64,000 nt of DNA from the human T2T-CHM13v2.0 reference genome, Homo sapiens (GCF_009914755.1 NC_060931.1); one strand, 5' to 3'; positions 1 through 23,670 are shown, counted from the first letter of the stretch. The notes: generated from the letters alone by a model not told the origin. Numbers and translations are program-made.

Positions 1-274
1 TGAGACTCTGTCTCAAAAAAAAAAAAAAAAAGTACTCATATCTCTTTTTCTGTAACTTTTAAAATCCACTCCCAAATACGTCTTGGGGGAACTTCCTATG
101 TCAGTATAGCATGGTAGTCCATAACTGGATTCTTCAATAACAGTAAATCTAGCTATTTCCCCCAGCGGAATGGGAATTGTGTCCAACATTTCAAACATCT
201 GGAAAAGTATCATCTATACGCAGTGTAATGTTTACAGCGAATTCTGCCACTGCTCGCTGATTTTAAACACATTA

Positions 275-400
275 CCCTGTGTCTCAGTTTTTTATTTGTA
301 AATGATATTTTACCACCTAATTTACAGGGCTGTAGTGAGGATTACATCGATTGACATATTTATGGCAAGCTCTCAGAGAGTGTTGTACCTAATACCATTA
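275..400 (+). mobile_element. MIR remnant (unit A)
   Basis: ctgtgtctcagttt...tgtaaatg...acagggctgtagtgaggatta matches the recalled MIR core consensus. Confidence 0.7.
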
Positions 401-559
401 TTTGCTCTGATCCTTTAGTTTAGGCTCCTAGGAGACTTGATTCTGGCTGACGTGCTGCGACTGTCATCTTTCAGATCAGAGTAACTCTGAGTCTGGTGGG
501 AGTGTCTTCCCCCGACACCCCGTATACCTCCGCTTTAAGATGAGAGAATCTTCTGTCGG

Positions 560-1090
560 TGCTAGCGTTCAGCGGCTAACGGAGGTGAGCTGGACACACG
601 TTCCCCAACACCCTCCTCCTGGCCCGCGACCTAGATCCCCACCGGTCCCCACCATCATACCGGGGGCCGGGCCCGCCGCGGGGAGGTAGATGGCGGGCGG
701 CGCAGCCACAGCCCCGGCCCCGCCGCCTTCCACTTTGCGCTCGCGGGCCCCAGAACTCGTCCGCCGGACAGCCAATCGCGCCTCGCTCCTTGCCCACAGC
801 CATTGCCGTCCACCCCGGAAGTAGCCCTTCTCCAGACGTAAGACCCGCCCCACCCACGCGCGCGCCGCAGTTTGGGGGCGGAGCCCGCCGCAGACCCCGC
901 CCCTTCTCCTTTCCGACTGGGCAGGCGGGGCAGGAGGGGCGGCTACCACGCGGGAGCACCCATGGCGCATGCTCTCTGGTGGGCTAGTCTTCGGACGGCG
1001 GCCTGCGGAGGTCGGGTGAGAGGGTGATCGCGCTGCTGAAAGCCGACTGCGCCTACGTGGACTGCGGGTTCGCTCCGGGCCGCTCCTCCC
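560..1090 (+). promoter_or_regulatory. CpG island / probable promoter ~23 kb upstream of USP42 exon 1
   Basis: Very GC- and CpG-rich non-repeat DNA. CCAAT at 772-776, ETS/GABP CCGGAAGT at 815-822, GC boxes (~842-850, ~874-882), NRF1-like GCGCATGC at 965-972. Good 5' splice donor CGG|GTGAGA at 1015/1016. Confidence 0.8.
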
Positions 1091-1296
1091 TGCTGTTCAC
1101 GAGGAAACCTAAAGTCTGTGTTGACCCATGAAACCTGATCTCGTTCTTTCTCCCCTCCTGAGAGTTTACCAGCTGAGTTTCCTGACTTTTATATTCGTTA
1201 ACACTAACATATATAGAAATATAAATAAAATACAGTATACCTGTATATGCAAGTTGCAGAACAACACATAAAATAACATATTCTGTGAGACAATAA

Positions 1297-1743
<447 letters not shown>

Positions 1744-1853
1744 GGGTGGGTATTTATCCACCTAAACATATAAAATATATTTTTAGGCTGGGTGTAGTGG
1801 CTCACACTTGTAATCTCAGCAGTTCAGGAGGCAAAGGCGGGAGAATGGCTTGA

Positions 1854-2234
<381 letters not shown>

Positions 2235-2526
2235 TAAATTAAATATATATAGATACATATATATATATATTTATTTATTTTAATTTTATTTTATTTTGAG
2301 ATGGAGTCTCGGCTCACTGCAACCTCTGCCTCCCGGGTTCAAGCTGATTGTCCTGCCTCAGCCTCCCGTGTAGATGGAATTACAGGTGCGGGCTACCACA
2401 CCTGGCTGATTTTTGTATTTTTAGTAGAGGTGGGGTTTCACCATGTTGGTCAGGCTGGTCTCGAACTCCTGACCTCAGGTGATCCACCCACCTTGGCCTC
2501 CCAAAGGGCTGGGGTTACAGGCGTGA

Positions 2527-2856
<330 letters not shown>

Positions 2857-3214
2857 TAGCCTTAAATACATATATATGTATGTATACATATATATACACA
2901 CACATATATATACCCAGAAACCGCAATAAATATATGTAACACCAGAATATATAAGTATATAGTATATTGAGATATGTATATATACACACACACACACATG
3001 CCCCCACAGGAAATACATAGTATTATGTGGCGTTTATGTTTTTATTGTCTTCCAGTACGTTGTTTTAGGAACTCTCCATCTTAGGGCATGTAAATTCCTC
3101 TTTTTTTCCCCTTCCTTACTCAATCTGCATATTCAGAGCTGTTCGGGGAGAAGTTAGAAACCAAGGGGACATATTCTGGGGTCTCTAGCAAGGATAGATT
3201 TGTACTGATCCCTA

Positions 3215-3670
<456 letters not shown>

Positions 3671-3845
3671 TTTTAGTCCTTGTTGGTATCAATATTTTGT
3701 CTTGCTAACGCTGATGTTTTCATTTTTGCCCTAGGAGGCTTGACTCAACCTGCCGGACACTAAAGGACATCACTCTGAGCCTGAGGGAGGGGCTCTCCTT
3801 TGGTCTCCCTCTTTTGTCCAGCCTTGCCCCAGGATATTTTTCTAA

Positions 3846-4148
<303 letters not shown>

Positions 4149-4342
4149 TGAGTATCTGGAACTACAGGTGTGTGCCATCATGCCTGGCTAATGTTTACAT
4201 TTTTAGTATAGATGGGGTTTCACCATGTTGGTCAAGCTGGTCTTGAACTCCTGACCTCAGGTGATTCACACACCTCGGCCTCTCAGAGTGCTGCGATTAC
4301 AGGTGCGAGCCACCGCACCCAGCCAAGGACTCTTAAGTGTAA

Positions 4343-4612
<270 letters not shown>

Positions 4613-4754
4613 TAGTAGAGATGGGGTTTCACCACTTTGGCCACGCTGGTCTGGATCTCCTGACCTTCTGATCCACCAGCTTTGGGCTCCCAAAATCCTG
4701 GGATTTTAGGCGTGGGCCACCGTGCCCGGCCACCATCCCCTTTTAGTTGTTGGA

Positions 4755-4890
4755 ACTCGTAAAACGGAAATCTAGTTAAATCTTCCTCCTAGTGTTGCAC
4801 ATAATTAGTGAGTTAACATGTATAACTCATATAGATTATATAGAAGAGGGACCTGCTGTATAATAGTGTCAAAATAACAGGTATTATTAC
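4755..4890 (+). mobile_element. MIR remnant (unit C)
   Basis: gtaaaacgg...tgttgcac...tgagttaacatgtataa...gagggacctg is MIR-core-like. Confidence 0.55.
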
Positions 4891-5333
4891 TATATATGTA
4901 ATATATACAAATATATATATATATATTTTTTTTTTTTTTGAGATGGAGTCTTGCTCCGTTGCCCAGGCTGGAGTGCAGTGGCATAATCTCAGCTCACCAG
5001 AGCCTCTGCCTCTTGAGTTCAAGCGATTCTCCTGCCTCAGCTTCCTGAGTATCTGGCACTACTGGCATGTGCCATCATGCCTGGCTAAATTTTGTATTTT
5101 TAGTAGAGACGGGATCTCACCATGCTGGCCAGGCTGGTTTTGAACTCCTGACCTTGTGATCTGCCCGCCTTGGCCTCCCAAGGTGCTGGGATTACAGGCG
5201 TGAGCCACCGTGCCCAGCCTATTAGTCTATATTTTTTATAAATGCCCCATAAGCCACTCTTTGTAGGAGACCTCAATGCCACCACAGACACTGGCTGCCA
5301 ACATCGAGATGAGAGAAACCACCCTGGTGATAA

Positions 5334-5717
<384 letters not shown>

Positions 5718-5795
5718 TAGCCAGGATGGTCTCGATCTCCTGACATCATGATCCGCCCACCTCGGCCTCCCAAAATGCTGAGATTACAGGCGTGA

Positions 5796-6667
<872 letters not shown>

Positions 6668-7164
6668 TGAGACTAAGTCTCACTCTGTTGTCCAGACTGG
6701 AGTGTGATCATAGCTCACTGTAGCCTCAAACTGCTGGGCACAAGTGATCCTCCCACCTCAGCCTCCTGAGTAGCTGGGACTACATGTGGATGCCACTGCG
6801 CCTGTCTCATTTTAAAATTTTTTGTAGAGATGGGGTCTTGCCATGTTGCCCAGGCTGATCTTGAACTCCTGGACTGAAGCAATCCACCCGCTTCGGCCTC
6901 CCAAAGTGCTGGGATTACAGGAATTAGCTCCCTGCCCCGCCTCACACTTCTTTAACTCTCTTTCATTATACGAAGTTGAGATATTTTTCAGCGAGAGTGT
7001 GAATCTTCTCCAACAACTATTTGAGATAAGCTATACCCTCGTCTTGCCTCCTTTATTCCCTTTTATTCTCGTTTTTGCATATGTTGTCCCATCTGCCTAG
7101 AAAGTCCCTCTGTCCCCAGTCCCCAGAGGAACATATGTTTGATACTAATTATAAGACAGTGAAT

Positions 7165-7312
7165 AACATACTTAACCTCTAATCTGTAAAATGGAAGTAC
7201 TAATTTTATCTGCTTTGTAGTCGTGTTGCAAACAGTAAATGAGTTAACATATCTAAATCATTTAGGAGAGGGACCTGGGACATAGTACCTCTCAACGGTT
7301 ACCTGCTATTAA
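7165..7312 (+). mobile_element. MIR remnant (unit D)
   Basis: cttaacctct...atctgtaaaatgg...taaatgagttaacatatctaaa...cctgggacatagta matches the MIR core. Confidence 0.7.
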
Positions 7313-7544
7313 TATCAACTCTAGGACAGGCATGGTGGCTCATACCTGTAATGCCAGCACTTTGGGAGGCCAAGGCAGGAGGATTGCTTGAGGCCAGGAG
7401 TTCGAGACCCACCTGGGCAATATAGCAAGACTTTGTCTCTACGAAGTATTTAAAAACTAGCCGGGTACTGAGCTATGATTGCTCCAGTGCACTCCAGCCT
7501 GGGCAACAGAGTGAGACCCTGTCTCTAAAACATAAAAATTTTAA

Positions 7545-7742
<198 letters not shown>

Positions 7743-7906
7743 TAGTAGAGACGGGGTTTCACCACATTGGCCAGGCTGGTCTGGAACTCCTGAGTTCAGG
7801 TGATCACCCGCCTTGGTCTCCCAAAGTGCTGGGATTACAGGCATGAGCCACCGTGCATGGCCTCCTACTCTTATTACTCTTATTGACAATCCTTCTTTGC
7901 TCCTAG

Positions 7907-8051
7907 GAGGCTAACTCATCCTGCCAACCCCGATTGACGTCACTACACCAGTGATAGCGTCTCATCATCGATCTTTCACCATTAGAATCTCCCTAAACAG
8001 AAAGATTTCTTCTGAGAATTTATAATTTTCTCTTTCCACCAACTCATCAAG
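7907..8051 (+). other. Candidate internal exon (145 nt) of an upstream non-coding or pseudogene transcript
   Basis: Branch-like ttgac (~7883), pyrimidine tract and ctcctag| acceptor ending at 7906. Consensus donor AAG|GTGAGT at 8051/8052. No intact ORF. Confidence 0.45.
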
Positions 8052-8124
8052 GTGAGTTCGACATTTTGCTCTCCTTCTCTCCTGTTCTTCCTCAGACCTC
8101 CTGCTTGAAGCCTGAAGTGTTCCA

Positions 8125-8770
<646 letters not shown>

Positions 8771-8835
8771 ATAGCTTCTGTTCCTTCCACCCAGAACACT
8801 CTTCTGACCCTGGACCCCGTCCCTGCTTCACCTGA

Positions 8836-9158
<323 letters not shown>

Positions 9159-9386
9159 TCATCCCTCAAGTGTCTGATGAAATATGGCTTGCTGTGGCTG
9201 GGCGCAGGAGGCGCCAATGTGGCTTGAACCCGGGAGGTGGAGGCTGCAGCGAGCCAAGATCACCTCACTGCACTCCAGCCTGGGCGACAGAGCAAGACTC
9301 TGTCTCAAAAGATATATATATAGGGCCAGGTGCAGTGGCTCACGCCTGTAATCCCAGCACTTTGGGAGGTCAAGGTGGGCAGATCA

Positions 9387-10160
<774 letters not shown>

Positions 10161-10499
10161 CTTCTATTAGTAATCCTCTTGAGAGGACCTTATGCTTATA
10201 ACTTAACTAAAAAGTATTATGTATTTATCCTGTCAGCAATTTATGTTCCAGGAAGAATTTGTTAGGGATCAATTTCATCACAGTTACAATCTAATTTGAA
10301 GACATATGACGCCTATTCAGTGGTGAGTTATAAACCCCCTTGCAGCAAGCCTTCCTTGGCCTCCTTTGATTGTGTTCTTCATTAAGTCCTCCAACTTACT
10401 TCGGTTTATTGCATATGATTTGCTATTTTGTTTCAGCTTCTGTGGTAAGAGTCACTGTTTATATTTAGTTGATATTGTCAGTACATAGAGATTAACTAA

Positions 10500-10751
<252 letters not shown>

Positions 10752-10982
10752 TGAACTCCTAGACTCAGGCGATTCTCCTACTTTGGCCTCCCCAAATGCT
10801 CAGATAACAGGCTTGAGCCGCCATGCCCAGTGCCATACATAGTGTCTAGTCAGCTACCGTATTATACTATAATTGGGTTTCTATTGATTATATTGATTCT
10901 CATTCTCACCCCCATATTAATTTTATTCTTGTTTTTTTATATTAGCCAAAAAAACAGGAACCATATTTAATCATTATGTTAG

Positions 10983-10985
<3 letters not shown>

Positions 10986-11036
<51 letters not shown>
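10986..11036. repeat. (CA)n microsatellite, ~25 units
   Basis: Uninterrupted acacac run. Confidence 0.95.
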
Positions 11037-11043
<7 letters not shown>

Positions 11044-11298
11044 GTTGCTGATTTAATAGTCTGGTAAAAAAATTTTTTTGGAGACAGTGGGGGATGGGGG
11101 TGCAAAGTGGGGTGGTGTCTAGCTATTTTGCCCCAACTGGGCTTGATCCCTCCCACCACAGCCTCCCAAATAGCTGGGACTACAGGGGTGCACCACAGCA
11201 CTCTCAATCGGCATTTCTTCCTGAAATGCTGGCTGGCATCCTTTTTCTATTCGATATCTGCCTGGAAAAAATCCTACTTAGTCCTCAAGGACGTATTT

Positions 11299-11552
11299 TT
11301 TCTTCTTCTTCTTCTTCTTCTTCTTCTTCTTCTTCTTCTTCTTCTTCTTCTTCTTCTTCTTCTTTTCTTCTTCTTCTTCTTCTTTTCTTCTTCTTCTTCT
11401 TCTTCTTCTTCTTCTTCTTCTTCTTTTTTCTTCTTCTTCTTCTTCTTCCTCTTCCTCTTCTTCTTCTTCTTCCTCCTCTTCTTCTTCTTCTTCCTCTTCC
11501 TTCTTCTTCTTCTTCTTCCTCTTCCTCTTCTTCTTCTTCTTTCTTCTTCTTC
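11299..11552. repeat. (TTC/GAA)n tract, ~250 bp, interrupted, inside an Alu tail
   Basis: Long cttcttctt run with ttt and cct interruptions, contiguous with the poly-T of the antisense Alu at ~11555-11853. Confidence 0.95.
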
Positions 11553-11680
11553 TCTTTTTTTTTTTTTTTTGAGACAGATTCTCGCTTTGTCGCCCAGGCT
11601 GGAGTGCAGTGGTGTGATCTCAGCTCACTGCAACCTCCGCCTCCTGGGTTCAAGTGATTCACCTGCCTCAGACCTCCTGA

Positions 11681-11932
<252 letters not shown>

Positions 11933-12415
11933 TAAGTATTACCTTCCTCATTTGAGGCATCATGACAATGTGTAATAACTAATTAACACCCACAGCTCCG
12001 GGTTCCAAACAAAATAGTCTCTGGAAAGTAGGCACAGCATCTCCAATGACCCCCTCTTAATTCTAAATTAATATTTTGTCAATCCATAAAGGAGAGATTT
12101 GGGATCTGTCTCCTAAAAACAAGCTGGGTCTAAGACCTGGCCAGCCACAGTCTCAGATTTCCTTCCTAGGAGACACCGGTCCTCAGAAGATTAAATATAT
12201 CCCTCCTTGAACACTTTCACACTTTAATGTCTTATGTTGGTGTGCAGGGAAGTGGTGTTAATCATCCATTAGGATAAACTTGGCTTAAGATAAATTAAAA
12301 CAGCCTTTCATTTCATGAGAGTCTGAAGTAAGGTTCAGAGAACTTAACAGATAAATATAAGCTGGAGCTGGAATTTACATCTAGTGTGTCTGTTTCCAAA
12401 CAGTGCTCTCTGTGA

Positions 12416-13120
<705 letters not shown>

Positions 13121-14289
13121 TGAATGTATTTTGTGACCAATCTATTTTTCACTGTTTATATATTTTCTTCTTTGTTTTTTTCATAGTGGTTGTAAAATCT
13201 ATAAGAGTTAAAAGACCTTGTTCATGTTTGCTCTCAGGGTTTCAGAAAAAGGAGGATCAACTACAAGGTTATTTTGTTTTTTTAAGATGGAGTCTCACTC
13301 TGTCACCCAGGCTGGAGTGCATGGCGCGATGTGGGCTCACTGCAACCTCCACCTCCCGGGTTGAAGTGATTCTCCTTCCTCAGCCTCCTGAGTAGCTGGT
13401 GCGTGCCACCACACCCGGCTAATTTTTTTTGTATTTTTAGTAGAGACGGGGTTTCACCATGTTGGTCAGTCTGGTCTTGAACTCCTGACCTCGTGATCCA
13501 CCTGCCTCAGCCTCCTGAAGTGCTGGGATTACAGGCATGAGCCACCATGCCCGGCCTGTTGTTTTTAAGACAGGGTCTTGCTTTGTCACCCAGGCTGGAG
13601 TGCCATCGTGCCATAATAGCTCACTGGACCCTTGACCTCCTGGGCTCAAGCGATCCTCCCACCTCAGCCTCCTTAGTAGCTGGGACTACAGGCATGCACC
13701 AGCACCTGGCTAATTTTTTATTTTTTGTAGAGTCAGGGTCTCCCTATATTGCCCAGGCTGGTCTTGAACTCTTAGCCTCAAGCGATCTTCCTTCCTCGGC
13801 CTCCTAAAGTGCTGGGATTACAGGCATGAGCCACTAAGCCCAGCCTGAGAGATTCTAAACACAACTCCATTCTGTTGTGGATGTAGAAGAACTCCAAAGG
13901 ATGGAGTGGGTAGCGGTGGAATTAAGCTGGTGCTAGATGAGTCCTTGAGGATTATGTTTGCAGTAGTTCATTGTCACCTATGATGGTTCATCCAGTTTTT
14001 GCAGGGGTCAGACTGGTAAATTAAATGAGCAGATGATGGAGACACCAGCCTTGCATCCTTTAACCCTCTGAGCATGGCACTATTCTCTGCGATTTTCTCC
14101 CATCAACCTCCACCCTCAGCCCCACCAACTTACTCTTTTGGCCAGAGGGGGCAGTTTCAGGGCTTCCACTTGTTCCACTTGGCTTTTTTTTTTTTTTGGT
14201 CACCCAGGCTGGAGTACAGTGACGCAATCTCGGCTCATTGCAACCTCCGCCTCCCAGGTTCAAGCGATTCTCCTGCCTCAGCCTCCTGA

Positions 14290-14520
<231 letters not shown>

Positions 14521-14781
14521 TAAGTATGACTATTTGAGTATCACATTTGGGAACCAGGGAATTGACCACTGTGGGCTCAGTGAACCCAGTGAGGGATGTG
14601 GGTCAGGACCAAAGGTATTAACTTGATCCCTTAGCAATAAGGGAACCCTGAGGGTGCTTTAGAGCTGCGTTAACTTGGACTCTGTAAGCAAAAGCCTGGA
14701 AATATCTGAGCAGACCCCTATTCCCCAGCATATAATTACGGAGTAAATTAAATGGCCAGAGGGGCCGGGTGTGGTGGCTCA

Positions 14782-15219
<438 letters not shown>

Positions 15220-16469
15220 CTACACCTCCCAGGCTCAAGCAATCCTCCTGCCTCAGCCTCCTGAGTAACTGGGACCACAGGTGCCACCATACTTGGCTTT
15301 TTTTTTTAATTTATTTTTTTGTAGAGACAGAGTCTTACTGTGCTCAGGTTGGTCTCGAATTCCTAGACTCAAATCATCCATCTGCCCCAGCTTCCCAAGC
15401 ATTGGGATTCCAGGTCTGAGCCACCTCACCCAGCCTGGATGCATGTTTTGGAATTGAGAACTGGCTCAGGTGGGGGAATCTGGGCAGATGTTCGTGTTTT
15501 TCCACTGAGACAGCTAACCTCAGTCTTCTACACAACCAGGTTATTATAGACATATAGGTATACCTGGCCAGGCGTGGTGGCTCACGCCTGTAATCCCAGC
15601 ACTTTGGGAGGCTGTGGTGGGCAGATCACTTGAGGCCAGCAGTTCGAGACCAGCTTATTACTTGGTGCCAGTAAGAACACTGGGAGTATTCTCCAAAGCA
15701 GAGTCTCCCCAAGGGAAAGTGACAGTAGGGTTTTATGGGGTGATGGAGAGGGGAGATGGGTGCATCATTGCATGGAGAGGAGGGATCCCAATGGTGCAGA
15801 TGCAGTGAGTCATCCTGCCAGCCCATAGGTTGCATGTGATGGGAATGAAGCTATAACTTCTCACGGGATGGATACTTTAGCATGGTCATGCAGAGAGTTC
15901 ACTCAGGTTCATCTGTACGTTGTTGGGGTCTGTCAGGAGCTGGTTTAAACTAACAAGGTGACTGCATTCCATCCAAGGTTTGGGGAAGAACAGGTGCAGA
16001 GCAGGAGGCTGTGAAACAGGCTGATTGCACAAGTTGATTAATCCCTGGAGATTAATCCCAAGTTCCTATAATCCCTGGAGATCCTCCTTGTCTGCTTACA
16101 ATGATATATACTGTGCTTTTGTTGACAGCCTGTCTTGCCCTGTGTTTTATTAGCCATTGCCTTGGATCCCTGCAAGTCAGTGCCTCCCATCTGCTACTCT
16201 GGCTTGCTGCTCACTGTACCAATCATGCCCACCTTCTGCTGCGTAAGCACTGCTACCCAGTCTCTGACACTCCAGGATGCCATCATTTTCTTTCTTTCTT
16301 TCTTTTCTTTTTTTTTTTGAGACAGTCTTCCTCTGTCATCCATGCTGGAGTGCTGTGGCATGATCTTGGCTCCCGGGTTCAAGTGATTCTCTTGCCTCAG
16401 CCTCCCAAGTAGCTGTGACTACAGGCACATGCCACCATGCCTGGCTAATTTTGTATGTTTAGTAGAGAC

Positions 16470-17170
<701 letters not shown>

Positions 17171-17196
17171 TAGCAAGGATGGTCTCGATCTCCTGA

Positions 17197-17403
<207 letters not shown>

Positions 17404-17941
17404 TGAGTAGCTGGGATTACAGGCACACACCACTACCCCACAGCTAAGTTTTGTATTTTTAGTAGAGACGGGTTTCACCATGTTGGCCAGGATGGTCTTG
17501 ATCTTCTGAACTCGTGATCCTTCCACCTTGGCCTCCCAAAGTGCTGGGATTACAGGCGTGAGCCACCGCGCCCAGCCCATGTAGCTTATTTCTATTGTCA
17601 AATACCAGTCCCATGATGTATCAGAACCTGCCCACCCAGCATCCTTGACAAAGTGTGAGATCTGTATTAAAGGAAAGTGCCCACATATCTATAAACTCTC
17701 TCTTATCTGCTCCCCAGCCCTCACCCCTCACCCCTTGATCTAGGCCCCGTAGTATCCATTCCCGGGCTTATTTTCAGTTTCTGCTGGTGTGTATTAGCCT
17801 GGTCTTGCAGTTCCTTCAATTTTTGATTCCACTCCTCCCTTAGCAGGCGTGATATTATCTGATCTTGGTGATTTATCTGGTGGCCAGGGGGATACAGGAA
17901 CAGAAAGAATGCATTGTTTTCTTGTTTTTTGTTTTTCTTGA

Positions 17942-18139
<198 letters not shown>

Positions 18140-18515
18140 TGAACTCCTGATTTCAAGTGGTCTGTCTGCCTCGGCCTCTCAGAGTGCTGGGATTACAGGC
18201 ATGAGCCACCATGCCCTGCCAAGAATGCATTGTCTTGTAGGGTACCTACCTCATTTGAGGTGTCTGCATAGTCTTCGGGTTGGTGGTACCATTCTTGAAC
18301 AAAGAGTTCAGAGGAGCTTGAAGTTCTACGGACATTAGAGTCCTGTCCTTTGTCTCAGGGTCTCACTCCTTCCTTATTAGAGTCCTGACTTTGGTGTTAG
18401 AGACTGATAGTAGCTGAAAATTCAACCTTTTCTAATGTTCTGCTCCTTTTAGGTTAAGTCCTCTGCCTGGTTTTCAGGACTGTCTGCCCTCTGATTATAG
18501 ATGACAGACTGCTGA

Positions 18516-18794
<279 letters not shown>

Positions 18795-18997
18795 TAGCCA
18801 GGATTGTCTCAATCTCCTGACCTCATGATCTGCCCGCCTCGGCCTCCCAAAGTGCTGGGATTACAGGCGTGAGCCACTGTGCCTGGCCAATTTTTGTATT
18901 TTTAGTAGAGATGGGGTTCAGTATGTTGGGCAGGCGGGTCTCAAACTCCTGACCTCAGGTGATCCACCTGCCTCAGCCTCCCAGAGTGTTAGGATTA

Positions 18998-19354
<357 letters not shown>

Positions 19355-19668
19355 CTATTACTACCAAATTTCACAAGTCTATTATTATTATTATTATTAT
19401 TATTATTGGTAGAGACTGGGGCTCACTATGTTGCCCAGGCTGGTCTTGAACTCCTGGCCTCAAGCGATCTTCCGGCCTCAGCCTCCTAAAGTGCTGGGAT
19501 TACAGGTGTGAGTCACCGCACCTGGCCCAATTTCACAGTTCTAATGACTACTTCTCCTATATCCTCAAAAACCAGAGAGATTGAATAAGCCAACACATCC
19601 CCTTCTACTCATATCCAGCCCTAACTAGTCCCCCTAGATGGGCGCCTGATACTGTTGCCCAGCTGTGA

Positions 19669-20107
<439 letters not shown>

Positions 20108-20344
20108 TAGTGCAGTGGTGCAAGCCCACCTCCCAGGTTCCAGCAATTCTCCTGCCTCAGCCTCCTGAGTAGCTGGGATTATAGGCGCGCGCTACCACAC
20201 TCAGCTAATTTTTTGTATTTTTAGAAGAGATGGGGTTTCACCATGTTGGTCACGCTGGTCTTGAACTCCTGACCTCAAGTGATCTGCTTGCCTTGGCCTC
20301 CCAAAGGGCTGGGACTATAGGTGTGTGCCACTGAGCCTGGCTGG

Positions 20345-20655
20345 TACCCACTGTCTTAAACCAGGATATCTAGAAGTGAGGCTTGAGACAGAATTTAGGC
20401 GCACAAGATTTAGGTACAATTTGGCCTTGAGGGGAGCGCTCTAGGGAGGAAGGTAATGAAAGGAAAGGGCAGTGAAAGGAGTGGAGCAACAATATTGTCT
20501 CAGTGGGAGATGAGTCTCCCCTTCAGCTAAGAACAGCCTCAGGAGAAGAGGCAGCTGTGAGTTATAAGCAGCGAACACCACAGCAGCAGACAAGGGATGG
20601 AAGCATCCGCCAGTAAGGAGGACCTGGGTGGGGCATTAACAGTGCCCACTGCAGG
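20345..20655. mobile_element. MLT1-like (MaLR) LTR remnant
   Basis: gaggcttgagac...ggcagctgtgag...cagcagc...ggatgga...gacctgggtggggca...cagtgcccact resembles old MLT1 LTRs. Confidence 0.45.
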
Positions 20656-21506
20656 CTCCCTAAGTCTGGAGGTCCTCAGAAAATAAAATTCACCCCTTCC
20701 TGACACCTATTGTTCCATGATCCTGTGAGCCTTCGGACTTGAGGGTGGGGCACTTGGAATCAGTTTGCGTCTTGCATAAAAACCATTTCAATAAAGGAAA
20801 CAGGTTAAGTAATTTCTGTAGGTCACAGAGCTTATAAGAACAGAGGAAAAGTGACTTCTCCAGGCAGCATTCACTCTGGATTACACTCTGATCTGGAGGA
20901 GAACAAGGTTTTGGGGCCAGTTTATCATCTCAGCCAAGGCCCCAGCTGTTTGTAGGCAGGGATGTCTTCATATGCTTTGTGACTTCTCCATTAATGTTGC
21001 CAGTTTGCTAGAGTAAGTGGTGCTAGCTCCTTAGAGGAAAAGGGTCTCTATGTTTGCTTTGATGGCATGGGGCAAGGTAGAGGGGGAGGTGTAACCCCCC
21101 ATCCCCTCCAACCTTAGAGCCTGTTCTGGGTAGACAACGCCAAGAGATGATTTAAAAAGAACTCCTTTTCTGACTGGGCGCAGTGGCTCACGCCTGCAAT
21201 CCCAGCACTTTGGGAGGCTGAGGTGGGCAGATCACTTGAGGCCAGGAGTTCGAGTCCAGCCTGACCAACATGGTGAAACCCCATCTCTACTAAAACTACA
21301 AAAAAAAAAAAAATTAGCCGGGTACAGTGGTGTGTGCTTGTAGTCCCTGAGGCAGAAGAATTGCTTGAACCTGGGAGGTGGAGGTTGCAGTGAGCCGAGA
21401 CTGTTCTAGGAGACAGGGTGACATTCCACCTTAATTCACAAAAAATACCTTTTCTATTTAAGTTGCTCAGGTAGTCTCCTAAGATTTTTTTTTTTTTTTT
21501 TTTTGA

Positions 21507-21617
<111 letters not shown>

Positions 21618-23415
21618 TAGCTGGGATTACAGGTGCCATCACCACAGCCAACTGATTTTTGTATTTTTAGTAGAGACAGAGTTTCAGCATATTGGCCAGG
21701 CTGGTCTCGAACTCCTGATCTTGTGATCTGCCCGCCTCGGCTTCCCAAAGTGCTGGGATTACAGGCGTGAGCCACCACGCCCAGATTCTACTAAGATTTA
21801 AGGGGCAGCCTGGAGGGACCAGTTTGTCAACAGCGTGAAATGGAAAATGAAGCTGGGTTGGTGTGGTGGCTCATGCCTGTAATCCCAGCACTTTGGGAGG
21901 TCCAAGCAGAGGATCCCTTGAGGCCAGGGGTTCACAACCAACCTGGGCAACATAGCGAGCCCGTCTCTAAAAAAATAAAGATTAGCCAGGTGTGGTGGGC
22001 TGTGCCTGTGGGGACACACTGTGGGCTGCGCAGAAGAGGCAGCATGGGTGGGCTTTCTACAAGCAGATGTAGTAGTGGGGTAGGGCTGGGTACTGGAATT
22101 GAGGAGTGTGTTATGGTTGAAACACATAAAAGAGGAAAGGGAACTTGGAGTTTCTGATACCTAGCTAAGGAATTTAGACTTTGCTGTGAGCCATAGAATG
22201 CTCAGAGTGGGGGAGTCAAGTGATCTGACGGTTTTTGGAAGACCACCCAAGCCACTGTAGGGTGGGGAGTGCAGCAACAGAGAAGAGACTGTTGAGATGG
22301 AATTGTTGAGCGAAGAAAGGCTGACTCAGGGAGGGTCAGGACAGCAGCCGCTGGGGAGGCCAGGTAAACATGAGTTGGTGTAAAGGGTTAGATCACCAGG
22401 GGAGGGAAAGAGGCAGTGAGAGAGGAAAGGTCTGGTGAGCACAGAATACCAGGTCCTTAATCAGTGCAGGGAGAAGCAGGCTCATGGTGGAGGGGAGATG
22501 CAGAGATGAACTAGCTCTGTTAGGCCTCGAGGTGGAGACAGCCAATAAATGATTGGATGTGTGGATCTGGCACTCTGGAGCAAGAACTGGTCCAGTTGTC
22601 TCCTAAGCCTGTACAATGCTAGGATTTGAGATAAAATCTGGACGGGGTGAACAGGGGTCTATCCCCTTCAGAGCCAGGTTTAAAATTCCACACCTGAGGT
22701 CAGGAGTTCGAGACCAGCCTGACCAACATGGTGAAACTCTGTCTCTACAAAATACAAAAAATTAGCCGGGCGTGGTGGCGGGCATCTGTAATCCCAGGTA
22801 CTTAGGAGGCTGAGGCAGGAGGCACAGGTTGCAGTGAGCCGAGATGACACCATTGCACTCCAGCCTGGGCCATAAGAGCAAACTCCGTCTCAAAAAAAAA
22901 AAAGAAAAAGAAAATCCCTTTCTGTAACTCAGTGTGTGAGTCTGATGGACAGTGGCGCACCGGTGGGGTCAGGCGGACTTGAAGGCTGCATCAGGTCTTG
23001 GGCGGTGGCTCCGGAGTGTAATCCCAGCGCTTTGGGAGGCTGAGGTGGGACAATCGCTTGATCTCAGAAGTTGGAAACCAGCCTGGGCAACATAGCGAGA
23101 CCCCCGTCTCTACAAAAAAAAAAAAAAAACAAAACTTAAAAAATTAGTCGGGTGCAGCGGCTCACGCCTGTAATCCCAACACTTTGGGAAGCCACGGAGG
23201 GGGAGCTGCTTGAGCCCAGGAATCTTAGACCTGCCCGGGCAACAGTAAGACCTCTGTCCCTACAAAACAAAACTCCACACCAAAAACAAACAAACAAAAA
23301 CCCTAAAATTAAGTGGGCGTGGTAGCGCGCGTCCGTAGCCCCAGCTGCTAGGGAGGCTAAGACAGGAACATCGCTTGAGCCCGGGAGGTCGCAGCTGCAG
23401 TGAGTTAGGTCGTGA

Positions 23416-23670
<255 letters not shown>

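Noticed and set aside
13-213. 66-aa minus-strand ORF in unique DNA at the window start
   Set aside because: Runs into an Alu poly-A tail, with no recognisable homology or exon structure.
569-987. ORFs of 65-133 aa in the upstream CpG island
   Set aside because: Same GC-content artefact; several start at non-ATG codons.
15640-16100. Possible additional solo LTR
   Set aside because: Looks LTR-like, but I could not assign a family or boundaries with enough confidence to list it.
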